Program-made: the position numbers and the translations under genes
Shown: piece by piece, positions 25,612 to 35,199 of the stretch
Layout: the number at the start of each line of letters is the position of its first letter
How positions within the stretch are numbered: position 1 is the first letter of the stretch
Origin: a virus
IMG/VR virus record: IMGVR_UViG_3300008107_000014
Location: 51,208-115,207 of that record
Length of the DNA: 64,000 bases
Direction: 5' to 3' (one strand)
The notes under the pieces: generated by a model
Databases searched by the model: none
What the model was told of the DNA's origin: nothing
The model's input: only the letters and a program-made list of their open reading frames with translations

Positions 25612-26768
25612 TTCATTGCTACCTGGAACGCTCGTTGTTTTTCTTGTCGTTTGTCTAGATGTTTCATTCCCGGATTAATCGATTTGGTAACATCTTTGGT
25701 GTCTTTAAAGTTATCAACCCTGGGCGCAACTCGATTTTTCCAATACCATATTGCGGTTTGGGCAGCTATTTCTGGTTTCTCAACAAGTTCGGGATGTTTA
25801 GCCAACGGTAGCCCTAACGCTTGCCCGGCCCTTTCATAATTGTCTTTTCCAGTTAATTGAATGTAACCTCGACCTTTATATTTTTCGCCGTCGCCTACTT
25901 TGTCGTTGCCTAATTTTTTAGCTTTTTTAGGAGCATACTTAATATCGTACTTGCGAAAGTCTAGACTACCACCTAGTTCTTTAAGACTTTTAAAATCCAT
26001 AGTTTCATGAGCACACTGACTTAAAAATGCCACAAGCTCATTACCAGTGATGCCTGCTCTTATTGCGGCCTTTTTAAGAAACTCTTCATGCGGACTTCCA
26101 GTTACTGTATTAGCAGTATTGTCTTTGGGGGATTGATTAGAATTAACTTTTTGTTGAGGTTCTGTTTTTTGTTTAACATCTTGTTTCTTGGCAACGGGCA
26201 TTTCTTTAGCATTGTCTGGAACTTTAACCATCTGCCCCGGTTTTAGTTTGGTGTCTTTATTAAACTGATTTAACTGCATGACAAATTGCGGAGTTACATT
26301 ATTCTGTCTAGCAATAGAATAAACAGTATCACCGGGTTCAACTAGTTGTCGAACAATATTAGCATTTGCACCTAAAGAAGCAGCTCCTAATGCAGCTCCT
26401 GCAACCCAGTCTTTCCAATCTTCTTCTATATTTTCATTTTTTGCACGACCAGCTTTCATGTTGGCCAGCCAGTGTGCCATGCGAGCTTTTTCGCCTGTGC
26501 TGTTTTTAGCAGTTTTTCTTAGATCACTAACACTGGCTTTGGTATTGACACCGCTACGTTTAGCAAGTCCTTTACGTCCGGGCTTCTTTCCATCCGCAAA
26601 GTTTTCATGCTCGATGCTTTCGCCACTACCACCTTCACCACTATTACTAGAGTCTCCGCTATATCCAGCATAATATCCATATCCGCCGTAGGGACCTGGC
26701 CCGTAAGCAGCCCATCGAGATTTACGTTTGCGTTTTTTTGTTTCGCTAATAAACTCGTAGGCTCTCAT
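25608..26768 (-). CDS. LysM + GH19 peptidoglycan hydrolase with N-terminal internal-protein modules
   Basis: LVEPGDTVYSIARQNNV (LysM); FLSQCAHET, YKGRGYIQLTGKDNY (GH19). Starts MRAYEFISE. Confidence 0.85.
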   Translation of the reverse strand: MRAYEFISETKKRKRKSRWAAYGPGPYGGYGYYAGYSGDSSNSGEGGSGESIEHENFADGKKPGRKGLAKRSGVNTKASVSDLRKTAKNSTGEKARMAHWLANMKAGRAKNENIEEDWKDWVAGAALGAASLGANANIVRQLVEPGDTVYSIARQNNVTPQFVMQLNQFNKDTKLKPGQMVKVPDNAKEMPVAKKQDVKQKTEPQQKVNSNQSPKDNTANTVTGSPHEEFLKKAAIRAGITGNELVAFLSQCAHETMDFKSLKELGGSLDFRKYDIKYAPKKAKKLGNDKVGDGEKYKGRGYIQLTGKDNYERAGQALGLPLAKHPELVEKPEIAAQTAIWYWKNRVAPRVDNFKDTKDVTKSINPGMKHLDKRQEKQRAFQVAMK

Positions 26769-26769
26769 A

Positions 26770-27555
26770 TTAGCAATTCCAGCGACGTCTTGCTTTGCAA
26801 ATTGCCTTGTCTGGAGTTTTACTACAACTAATATTGTGCATTTTCTGTTGTCCAGCGGATCTAGAACAATAGCTACTACGGCGTTTGCTGGCCTTACTAC
26901 CTTTCTTTAGTTTACTAGGTTTAGTAGTAACCGCAGTTTTTAGTTTGCTACCTGGATTTTCTCTACGATAGGCATTGACAGCTTTCTTGCTCATGCCGTC
27001 AGTTTTATCTCGCTTATTGGCTTTTTGCCAATCTTCGTTAATGGGTTCTGATGTTACAGCAAACACATATAGTTCGTCGTCTGTGAGACTTGACAAATCT
27101 TCCCATACAAGATCAACATCAATATCATGATGATCTGCAATTTGTTCGATGATGCTTTCAATCATGTCAAACTCTTGCTGTAAGTCTTCCGCCGTACCTT
27201 GCTGACCCATGGCCGCTTTAACTCGCTGCACAACTTCATCTCTATACTCTTGGCGATTAGGAACACTTGTCCAACCATATTCAGCAAAATTAACGATAGT
27301 CTGTGCATCTTTAGGACTTAAATTTGGAAACTCCCCTATTAAGTCTTGGGCGTTATAGTGTCCATATCTATTCCAAATGGCACTGTCATCCATTGAGCCT
27401 TCTACCGCTACATCTTCTTTTTTAATTTTTTCGCAGTCGTTAACACGCTTGCCTTTGTTTTTACCCGTGCCAGGCTGAGTACCGGTTTTTCTATAACCTG
27501 GCCAGCAGTTTTTAGGTCCTGCTACACCTTCTGTTAAAATTTCATAAATTTTCAT
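26770..27555 (-). CDS. modular putative internal head protein
   Basis: Starts [15 protein letters not shown] module and EDWQKAN...[14 protein letters not shown] module separated by x-x-E sites. Confidence 0.6.
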   Translation of the reverse strand: MKIYEILTEGVAGPKNCWPGYRKTGTQPGTGKNKGKRVNDCEKIKKEDVAVEGSMDDSAIWNRYGHYNAQDLIGEFPNLSPKDAQTIVNFAEYGWTSVPNRQEYRDEVVQRVKAAMGQQGTAEDLQQEFDMIESIIEQIADHHDIDVDLVWEDLSSLTDDELYVFAVTSEPINEDWQKANKRDKTDGMSKKAVNAYRRENPGSKLKTAVTTKPSKLKKGSKASKRRSSYCSRSAGQQKMHNISCSKTPDKAICKARRRWNC

Positions 27556-27878
27556 ACTGAAAAACTACTCCCACAACCACAGCTGGTCTTAGCATTTGGA
27601 TTACTAATTACAAATTGACTGCCCATTGTTTCCTCTTTGTAATCAATAGTAGCACCTTGTAGATACTGCATACTCATTGCATCTACTAGTACATTAAAGT
27701 TTGTGTCTATTGGAAATTCAAAATCATCCTCATTCTTTTCTTCGTCAAATGTAAATCCATAGCTAAAGCCACTGCATCCACCACCTTGAACAAAGGTACG
27801 TAATGCTAGATTAGGATTATTTTCTTCCAATAATAAATCTAATATTTTAATTTTTGCTGATTCTGAAATTTCAATCAT
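27552..27878 (-). CDS. erpA: A-type Fe-S cluster carrier (ErpA/IscA/HesB)
   Basis: [23 protein letters not shown]. Confidence 0.9.
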   Translation of the reverse strand: MIEISESAKIKILDLLLEENNPNLALRTFVQGGGCSGFSYGFTFDEEKNEDDFEFPIDTNFNVLVDAMSMQYLQGATIDYKEETMGSQFVISNPNAKTSCGCGSSFSV

Positions 27879-28134
27879 CTAGTTCCATCCCTCCATCTTC
27901 GATATTCTTAAGTGAGTCAATTACATAATCCCAATAATAACTACCATAAAATTCTTCGTGATCGTTGATAAAGTTTTCTAGTCCCGGATAGTGATCTGTT
28001 AGCCTATTATAATCTTCACCGTCTTGAATGTAAGAAATAATTTCTTCTGCATCCCTTTCGGATAACCCCCAATTATTACCTTTGTTATATTCACTAAGGT
28101 CGGGAGATTCTTTTATAATTTCAAAGATTTTCAT
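27871..28134 (-). CDS. acidic putative internal protein
   Basis: Starts MKIFEIIKE. Confidence 0.6.
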   Translation of the reverse strand: MKIFEIIKESPDLSEYNKGNNWGLSERDAEEIISYIQDGEDYNRLTDHYPGLENFINDHEEFYGSYYWDYVIDSLKNIEDGGMELDD

Positions 28135-28208
28135 ACTGGACTATATGGATTTCTAGGACGATCATAACCGTCGTCTTCCGGATATACTGGGTAATCATTT
28201 GGATTCAT
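28131..28208 (-). CDS. 25-aa microprotein [25 protein letters not shown]
   Basis: Fills the gap exactly, with ATGA overlaps to both neighbours. Confidence 0.55.
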   Translation of the reverse strand: MNPNDYPVYPEDDGYDRPRNPYSPV

Positions 28209-28483
28209 TTTTTCTTTTCTCCAGTCATGTACGGTAAACTAAACCACAATTTAAACCATTCTGGTGTTCCTGGTTTAATATTTAATTCTCGTTGTATACG
28301 ACCGTTTTCGCTGCCGGTAACACTTATATTGCTGCCTTTTAATTCCTGTAATCTTTGTTGACTACCTAGTCCTGCTAATTCCTGTAATGCTTTAATTTCA
28401 TGCACAGGATCGTCCGGAGACAGATAACAATCATCATTGCTGTCTTGATTTAAATTTGCCGTAGTGACCCGATATTGTTTCAT
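28205..28483 (-). CDS. hypothetical protein
   Basis: 92 aa, NIKPGTPEWFKLWF motif. Confidence 0.65.
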   Translation of the reverse strand: MKQYRVTTANLNQDSNDDCYLSPDDPVHEIKALQELAGLGSQQRLQELKGSNISVTGSENGRIQRELNIKPGTPEWFKLWFSLPYMTGEKKK

Positions 28484-29142
28484 TTTTTATTGTGTGCTTT
28501 CCAAGCAGCGCCATAGGCCTTGCTTTTTTCAACTGCTGTTAATTTTCCGTCTTTGGCATATCCTGCTTTAATATGCTTTACCATACGTTCTGCTTTAGCA
28601 CCTGGTGGCGCAACTTCTTCAACGCTAACTGGCTGCTTGTGTTTTTGACCACGTACCTGCTGCACAGATTTTTTTGAATCTTTGTGTTGACCTGAACCAC
28701 TAGTCTTTGCATTCTTTGCAACAAAATTTCTAGGTGTAGTAGCTGGCACAGTATTTGACTTAGTTGCCTCTCCGATACTTTCTTCTGGATAACTACGCTC
28801 TTCAATTTCGTACTCGACGTCTCTGATTGCACTTGCAACTTCTTCTTCGATATAAAAAATTGCAGAGGTTGCTTCCCTTAGTTTCTCAGTGATGTTTCTA
28901 ACATCGTATTCCGATACACCTGCAATTTTAGCAATTTCATCTAGTCCCGATGCTTCGCTTTCGATTTCTTCAATTTGGGCATATAGTTCTCGAGTCTTAG
29001 CTTTGGTCGCAGCATATGCGGTCTCTAATTCACTTAGACGTTTTTGTAATTGTTCATCACTGAATTTCGCCCAACGACTTTCATATTTTTGTTCTTCGTT
29101 GATGGCTTTTTTTCTATTTGTAAATAACTCATTCAGTCTCAT
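28480..29142 (-). CDS. putative internal head protein
   Basis: Likely start MRLNELF. Coiled coil plus EVAPPG..AERMVKHIK module. Confidence 0.6.
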   Translation of the reverse strand: MRLNELFTNRKKAINEEQKYESRWAKFSDEQLQKRLSELETAYAATKAKTRELYAQIEEIESEASGLDEIAKIAGVSEYDVRNITEKLREATSAIFYIEEEVASAIRDVEYEIEERSYPEESIGEATKSNTVPATTPRNFVAKNAKTSGSGQHKDSKKSVQQVRGQKHKQPVSVEEVAPPGAKAERMVKHIKAGYAKDGKLTAVEKSKAYGAAWKAHNKK

Positions 29143-29482
29143 GATGATAATCGCCTTTTTTAATAAACTCCGCCTGCTCTTTAGCAACAGTGTGGGCCAA
29201 CTCTAATAATGCTTCGTCTGTAAAGATCTCATCTTTACTGTGAAGTAGATCGTATTCTTCGCAATATGCTTCACTGCATTTTTTTAACGGTTCGATATAG
29301 ACTTTGTATACATCTTCGTCGTCAAATTGCTGTTTATGTTTTTTAACAGCCGGAAAGAATATCTTAGACAACATTTCGTCATTGTTGCTAATCCAAAATT
29401 TTAAATCATCCAAGTAGTCAACATCCGAATCAAATTTTTGATCCGCATCCTTAACTGGATAAAACAATTCCATTAGTTTCAT
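29129..29482 (-). CDS. hypothetical protein
   Basis: Starts MKLMELF. Confidence 0.65.
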   Translation of the reverse strand: MKLMELFYPVKDADQKFDSDVDYLDDLKFWISNNDEMLSKIFFPAVKKHKQQFDDEDVYKVYIEPLKKCSEAYCEEYDLLHSKDEIFTDEALLELAHTVAKEQAEFIKKGDYHHETE

Positions 29483-29904
29483 AATGAGTCCTGGTTATCT
29501 TTTGATTTCATGTAATCACGGGCGGTGTCTAGATAATCAACAGCCATGGTAATCTTTGATTGAACCCATTCTGGAAGATTTTCGTCAGCATCTAAAATAC
29601 TACGTAATTCTGCTGCGGCAGCTTCTGCGGTGGTAAGTTGACCCTTGGCCATTCCTGCTTCATCATCATATTCTGATGAGTCATCAAACGCTTCTTTTAC
29701 AGATAGGCCGTTTTCTTTGGCTTCTTTGTTAAGATCAGCAAGACGCTGCATAATAGCTTGTTTAATGGTAGGATCGTCGGACGCTGGGTCCGTTTGGAGG
29801 TCTTGTAATGCCTTGCGTTTAGCGGCATAGTCCTCGGCTGGGTTATTAGGATTCAATGCTGTTTCGAACATTGTAACCTGTAATTTTATAATAATATCGC
29901 GCAT
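29479..29904 (-). CDS. hypothetical (head-core-like) protein
   Basis: ENLPEWVQSKITMAVDYL module, TAAATA upstream. Confidence 0.6.
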   Translation of the reverse strand: MRDIIIKLQVTMFETALNPNNPAEDYAAKRKALQDLQTDPASDDPTIKQAIMQRLADLNKEAKENGLSVKEAFDDSSEYDDEAGMAKGQLTTAEAAAAELRSILDADENLPEWVQSKITMAVDYLDTARDYMKSKDNQDSL

Positions 29905-29944
29905 AGTATGTTCCAAAAGGATATACTATATTTATCGCGATTGT

Positions 29945-30610
29945 TTATATGGTTACATATTCGTAGACGGCACCTATAGCGTCACTATTCTTTAATTTAA
30001 GCATTAAAAGCGACTTTTCGTTGTCTACAAACACGTATCTGCGATCCCAATTCCATCTAGTGTTCATAAACCATTCTTCTACTGCGCTAGAAATTCGAAT
30101 AGTGTCTCCGCTGTTTTTAACAAACTCTACAAATTCTGATCGTTTGCTATCGCCAGTTGGCAATTTATGAGGTGTTAGGAATACCTTAAATTGATATTTT
30201 TTATGCGGAAGATGCTTGCATAATACCCGCTTCTGATCACTTAGTAAATGTTCTGTCTGCGGAGTTGGTGCAAATCTACGCCAGGTAAACAATGCAAATT
30301 CTCTGCTAGCTTCTTCAAAGAATAGTTTGTCGTTTGTGTAAATGTCAATTGCATCGCTTTCAATTCGTGTTCCGTATACTTCTTTTGGCCACTTAGACAG
30401 AATGTCTGCTAGTGCATACATATTGCGATTATTGTTGTATGCTTTATCGTAAGTGGCATACATGTTTTGTTTGTCATGTGGCTGCGACAAAAATTCTTTA
30501 ATCTCGTCACAGCTTTTATAGCGAAGAAGCGAAGCCCCCGGGCACCGGAGGCTAAGCTTGTAATGCCATTTATTGTAAAATTTACGTTTAACGGGCCTGG
30601 TCGAAATCAT
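29945..30610 (-). CDS. hypothetical protein
   Basis: 221 aa, ATGA overlap with clpA. Confidence 0.7.
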   Translation of the reverse strand: MISTRPVKRKFYNKWHYKLSLRCPGASLLRYKSCDEIKEFLSQPHDKQNMYATYDKAYNNNRNMYALADILSKWPKEVYGTRIESDAIDIYTNDKLFFEEASREFALFTWRRFAPTPQTEHLLSDQKRVLCKHLPHKKYQFKVFLTPHKLPTGDSKRSEFVEFVKNSGDTIRISSAVEEWFMNTRWNWDRRYVFVDNEKSLLMLKLKNSDAIGAVYEYVTI

Positions 30611-32907
30611 GTAGTGATATTAGTAAAACCAATCTCTGCAACTTCGACGTCTGGCTTAACTAGTTTCTTTTTGTTATCAGCAATATCAAAATCTAGTTTT
30701 CCATCAACAACTGTTATAGTGATCTTGCCACCGCCTTGCAATTCTCCAAATAGAATTTTGCGACTCAGCGGACTTTTAATCTCTGTATCAATAACACGTT
30801 GCAGCGGACGAGCACCCATTTTACTATCAAAGCCCTTTTCTGCTAGATACCTAATAGCATCTTTATTAGCATTAATAGTGATGTTTTTATCTTTTAGTAG
30901 ACCAGACAACTCAGAAACAAACTTTTCAACAATACTATAAACAATATCCTGACCTAGTTTATTGAACTTAATAGTGGCATCTAATCGATTGCGAAACTCT
31001 GGTTTAAAGAATTTCTTAACTGCTTTATCGTCCTCGCCTGTGCGTTCAGCACTGCCAAAACCAATTACACTCTTTTCGCTGTCAGCAGCACCTAGATTAC
31101 TTGTCATAATCAAAATTGTATTGCGACCGTCTGCTACTTTACCGTTGGAACCTGTTACAAATCCATTATCCATAAATTGCAACATAATGTTAGAAACATC
31201 CGGATGTGCTTTTTCAATTTCATCTAGCAATAAAACGCAGTTGGGATTTTCCTGCAATTTAGTAATCAATTGACCTGCATTATCATCAAATCCAACATAG
31301 CCCGGAGGAGCGCCGATCAATTTAGCAACTGAATGCTTTTCCTGGAATTCGCTCATATCGAAACGAATCAAAGGCATTGACATCTTTTCTGCAAGTTGTT
31401 TAGCAGTTTCTGTTTTACCGCAGCCAGTTGGACCAAGGAATAGAAAACTACCGATCGGTTTGTTAGGGCTTTTCATTCCGGCTTGTGCCACAAAAATTTT
31501 ATCTAGCAAATTATCGACCGCACTATCTTGACCAAACACAGCAGCTTTAATATTCTTTTCTAGGTTGCCAAGATTTTTACTTTCTTTTTGTGCAATATTT
31601 TCAACAGGCATATTAATCATCTTACTGACTTCAAACATAATTTGTTCAACATCAACAATATTAATAACATCTGTGGTATCGTCATCACGCAATTTGTAAC
31701 GTGCTGATGCACAGTCGATAACATCGATTGCTTTATCTGGCAACTTTTTATCGGCCATATACTTAATTGATAACTTAACAGCTTGTTCAATAGCAGCATC
31801 AGTAATTTTAACGTTATGGTGTTTTTCGTAATACTTTTTAACACCTTTAACAATTTTAACTGCAAGTTCTGGAGTAGGTTCATCGATTGTGATACGTTGG
31901 AAACGGCGCATTAATGCACGATCACTTTCAAAGTGCTTGCGATATTCTTCCCAAGTAGTTGATGCAATTAGTTTAATAATACCTTTTGTAAGTATTGGTT
32001 TGAGAATATTTGCTAGGTCGTTGGCGCTTTGATTAGCAGCCCCTGCACCCTGCATCATATGTGCTTCGTCGATGAAAAGAATAATATTGCCTTTCTTTTC
32101 CAATGCAGCTAATACAGCCTTAATCCGTTCTTCAAAGTCTCCACGATACTTACTGCCGGCAAGTAGAGCACTGATGTCTAATGTGTATACTTGATGATCC
32201 TGGATAAACTTAGGAACTTTCTTTTCGTGAATTTTACGTGCTAGTCCTTCGGCAATAGCAGTCTTGCCTACACCAGGATCACCAACCATTAGCACGTTAC
32301 ATTTATTACGTCGAGCAAGTACCAATTGAACTTTTTCAAGTTCTTCGTCCCGCCCAATTACAGGATCGATCTTTTTCTGTTTAGCTTGTAGTGACAGATT
32401 GGAACAAAATGAATTAATAATTTTCTCTACCTGATTTGAATTTGTTATTTGATTAGGTTCTTCATTTTCTTCACCGCCAAAGTTTTCTTGGCAATATTTA
32501 ATAAATTTTTCTTTGCTAATCCCACCCTTGGACAAATAGTAATATGCAAACGAATTCTTTTCACTGAGCATACTTACTAATACATCGATTGGTTCAATGG
32601 TTTGCCTTCCACTAAACAGTACTTGTGTAAAGCAGCGATTTAATACACGCTCTACACTGTTTGTTTTTTTAGGTTTATCGCCGTCGGAATTTTTAAGCTC
32701 ATCAAGATTATTTTTAACAAATAATGCTAATTGCTCTTTAATGTATTTTGAATTAGCACCGAATTCTTCTAGAATTTTAAAAGAGTCGTTGTCTAACATA
32801 ATACTGTATAGAACATGTTCTAGAGTTATATACTCATGCGTATTATCTTGAGCGATTTTAATAGCTTTCTCAAAGATTATCTGCAAGGAGTCGCTGGGCT
32901 GAATCAT
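30607..32907 (-). CDS. clpA: ClpA AAA+ unfoldase
   Basis: Clp-N domain (HEYITLEH), GDPGVGKT, GPTGCGKT, FDMSEFQEKHSV, IGF loop, no ClpB M-domain. Start MIQPS at 32907. Confidence 0.9.
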   Translation of the reverse strand: MIQPSDSLQIIFEKAIKIAQDNTHEYITLEHVLYSIMLDNDSFKILEEFGANSKYIKEQLALFVKNNLDELKNSDGDKPKKTNSVERVLNRCFTQVLFSGRQTIEPIDVLVSMLSEKNSFAYYYLSKGGISKEKFIKYCQENFGGEENEEPNQITNSNQVEKIINSFCSNLSLQAKQKKIDPVIGRDEELEKVQLVLARRNKCNVLMVGDPGVGKTAIAEGLARKIHEKKVPKFIQDHQVYTLDISALLAGSKYRGDFEERIKAVLAALEKKGNIILFIDEAHMMQGAGAANQSANDLANILKPILTKGIIKLIASTTWEEYRKHFESDRALMRRFQRITIDEPTPELAVKIVKGVKKYYEKHHNVKITDAAIEQAVKLSIKYMADKKLPDKAIDVIDCASARYKLRDDDTTDVINIVDVEQIMFEVSKMINMPVENIAQKESKNLGNLEKNIKAAVFGQDSAVDNLLDKIFVAQAGMKSPNKPIGSFLFLGPTGCGKTETAKQLAEKMSMPLIRFDMSEFQEKHSVAKLIGAPPGYVGFDDNAGQLITKLQENPNCVLLLDEIEKAHPDVSNIMLQFMDNGFVTGSNGKVADGRNTILIMTSNLGAADSEKSVIGFGSAERTGEDDKAVKKFFKPEFRNRLDATIKFNKLGQDIVYSIVEKFVSELSGLLKDKNITINANKDAIRYLAEKGFDSKMGARPLQRVIDTEIKSPLSRKILFGELQGGGKITITVVDGKLDFDIADNKKKLVKPDVEVAEIGFTNITT

Positions 32908-33401
32908 TATTTGGTCTTCCTTAATTTTTTCATAGCTAATTGTAACTTCATCTGCGACACTTTGTCTACAAAACAAATGCCATCTAAATGATCGTACTCG
33001 TGTTGGAAGCATCTAGCAAGATAGCCGTCTATCTTTACCTCGTGCAAATTACCTTTTGAATCTTGATATTGTGCAACAATCCAGTCCGGACGTTTGATAG
33101 TTAACCATAAGTCTGGATAACTTAAACACCCTTCTTTGAATAATGCTTGCTCAGTACTGTATTCTAAGATGTGTGGATTGAATACTGCAAACGGCTGCGG
33201 GAATCCCGGAACATTATCACTGCCGATTACAAATACTCGCTTGTTCAAGCCAAATTGATTAGCAGCAAGACCAACTCCATGATTTGCAACCATGAACTCG
33301 ATCATTTCTTTTTCAAGTAATTCTGCATCACCGTCTGTTTTAAAATCCCACGCTATACTCGGTGTAGTAAGCGTATCATGAACACCTAATTTAATTTCCA
33401 T
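32907..33401 (-). CDS. def: peptide deformylase
   Basis: GVGLAANQ, EGCLS, QHEYDHLDG. Confidence 0.95.
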   Translation of the reverse strand: MEIKLGVHDTLTTPSIAWDFKTDGDAELLEKEMIEFMVANHGVGLAANQFGLNKRVFVIGSDNVPGFPQPFAVFNPHILEYSTEQALFKEGCLSYPDLWLTIKRPDWIVAQYQDSKGNLHEVKIDGYLARCFQHEYDHLDGICFVDKVSQMKLQLAMKKLRKTK

Positions 33402-34233
33402 GTTTAAGTCTGGTGACAAGTTCTCGTTGCTCTTCTGTTAAATTTTTAGGAATGCCAACTTTAACTTTAACCATTAGTTTACCTTTAATTTTATTATGCA
33501 CATCTGGTAATCCTTCGTTAGAACAACTAAACACTGTGTCAGGCTGTGTTCCTGGTGGAATAGTGATGCTAATTACTCTGTTGTCTAGGGTATGAAGTTC
33601 GATGGCAGTACCTAGCATTGCATCCCATACTGACATTTTCCACTCGCAGGTTAAATTGTTATGCTCTCGTTGAAAGACATCGTGTGGTCGAACTTTAATA
33701 TTTACAATTAAATCACCAGGTGGCGTATTGGGTATACCTGTGTCGCCCATGCCGCCGTATTTAATTTGTTGACCGTGATGTACACCTGCTGGTATATTAA
33801 TAGTTATTAATTTACGTTGCCCGGCAGGCATTCCGATCTCAGCTTCTATGTTTTTTCCGTGGAGCACATCGGCCAATGTAACTTCTACTGTGACTTGAAT
33901 GCTGGAATTTCTACGCTGGCGTTGCTGATGAAATCCACCAAAGGGATTAAACCCAAAGTGATTAAACACATCTTCAAATCCAGGATGCCCGCCAAATCCA
34001 AATCCACCTTGCTGTGGCCCACCGCCTTGTTGTTTAAGCGGATCTACTCCCATATCAACCATTTGTTTTTTCTGCGGATCACTGAGTACATCATATGCTT
34101 CACTGACCTGTTTAAACATCGCTTCGTTGCCTCCGCGATCTGGATGATGTTTCATTGCTGCTTTTTTATAAGCTTTTTTAATTTCGTCTGGAGAAGCTCC
34201 AGGTGTAAGTCCAAGTGTTGAATAATATTCCAT
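33391..34233 (-). CDS. dnaJ: DnaJ/CbpA-type co-chaperone (no zinc finger)
   Basis: J domain with HPD, G/F region, C-terminal domains. Confidence 0.9.
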   Translation of the reverse strand: MEYYSTLGLTPGASPDEIKKAYKKAAMKHHPDRGGNEAMFKQVSEAYDVLSDPQKKQMVDMGVDPLKQQGGGPQQGGFGFGGHPGFEDVFNHFGFNPFGGFHQQRQRRNSSIQVTVEVTLADVLHGKNIEAEIGMPAGQRKLITINIPAGVHHGQQIKYGGMGDTGIPNTPPGDLIVNIKVRPHDVFQREHNNLTCEWKMSVWDAMLGTAIELHTLDNRVISITIPPGTQPDTVFSCSNEGLPDVHNKIKGKLMVKVKVGIPKNLTEEQRELVTRLKHGN

Positions 34234-34240
34234 AGTCTTC

Positions 34241-34269
34241 ATTATACATGTGAAAAAGGACTGTGTCAA
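34241..34269 (-). promoter_or_regulatory. consensus sigma70 promoter for dnaJ-def-clpA
   Basis: TTGACA-17 nt-TATAAT, with the ATG 7 nt downstream. Confidence 0.85.
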
Positions 34270-34280
34270 ACAGTCCTTTT
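34253..34280 (-). terminator. intrinsic terminator ending the lysis block
   Basis: AAAAGGACTG-TTTGACA-CAGTCCTTTTT. Confidence 0.8.
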
Positions 34281-34306
34281 ATTTACTTCAGTATAAGCTG
34301 GATAAA

Positions 34307-34549
34307 TTATTTTTTATCTTTTGTAGCACCTTCTACTTTAGTGCCTTCGTGTTTTTTGTGTACTTTAACTTCTTTACAGCTTTGTTTTACTTTACCGGTC
34401 TTTTTATCCATTTCTGGTTTGCCGTCTTTGCCTTGTACATCAATACATATTTTTTTAGTTTTTGGAGCTTCTTCAGCCATTGCTGGATTATTCCATGACA
34501 AGAAAGAAACGCTTGCTACTACACATAATGCCCAAAATAAATTTTTCAT
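34307..34549 (-). CDS. small secreted protein (signal peptide, one Cys pair)
   Basis: MKNLFWALCVVASVSFLSWNNPAMA signal, Lys-rich. Confidence 0.65.
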   Translation of the reverse strand: MKNLFWALCVVASVSFLSWNNPAMAEEAPKTKKICIDVQGKDGKPEMDKKTGKVKQSCKEVKVHKKHEGTKVEGATKDKK

Positions 34550-34558
34550 ATTTTTTCC

Positions 34559-35035
34559 TTATAGTTCTGGTTCTGCTGGTTGTACAGGCATTGCTTTTCC
34601 TGTACTAGATATTGCCGGCGCTGCTGGAGCAACAGCAGCTGGTGCTATTGGAGTTGTACCCCAACTTGGTGCTGGTGTAAAACTTGTGCTTGGTGCAGCA
34701 ACTGGCATTGGTGCAGGTGCGCTAAAATTGCTTGATGGTACTTGTGCTCCACCATTGTTTGCTCCACCTAATTTTTCTTGTGTGCGACCAAATGCCGCAA
34801 TACCAAGTACCGCACCCATTGCAATGTGGAATAATCCAGCACCTTGCAAGGTCAGTGGATTCCATTGTGTAATTTGTGTATGGGTAAATGTCTGTAATAG
34901 ACTCCATAGAATTGGGAATATAACCATGTCCATGGTACAGACTAGCATGTACATCCAACCCATCATTGGACGCCACTTACTGTTCATCCAATCTTCTTTT
35001 TTACTTTCGCTCGCACTTTTTACTTCTTCTGACAT
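34559..35035 (-). CDS. holin-like membrane protein
   Basis: WMNSKWRPMMGW..TM..LGIAAFGRTQEK resembles the GTA 3TM-holin family. Sits in the lysis cassette. Confidence 0.65.
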   Translation of the reverse strand: MSEEVKSASESKKEDWMNSKWRPMMGWMYMLVCTMDMVIFPILWSLLQTFTHTQITQWNPLTLQGAGLFHIAMGAVLGIAAFGRTQEKLGGANNGGAQVPSSNFSAPAPMPVAAPSTSFTPAPSWGTTPIAPAAVAPAAPAISSTGKAMPVQPAEPEL

Positions 35036-35055
35036 AGTTCGCTCCTATTTGTCTG

Positions 35056-35172
35056 TTACTTCTTGGCAATCATAGTTTGAATTTTTTCTTGTATTGCTTT
35101 AGCCCAAAACGGTTGAGGAAAATTCCATCCTATAAATGCGCCAACTGCTACCCATAATAAAATATCTAACAT
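35056..35172 (-). CDS. 38-aa single-TM protein (not in ORF track)
   Basis: MLDILLWVAVGAFIGWNFPQPFWAKAIQEKIQTMIAKK after an AGGAG SD. Confidence 0.7.
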   Translation of the reverse strand: MLDILLWVAVGAFIGWNFPQPFWAKAIQEKIQTMIAKK

Positions 35173-35199
35173 AGTTCGCTCCTATTGTATACGTATTTA

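Noticed and set aside
34263-35075. 270-aa + strand ORF
   Set aside because: Antisense shadow of the holin and secreted-protein genes, which have good SDs and recognisable features.
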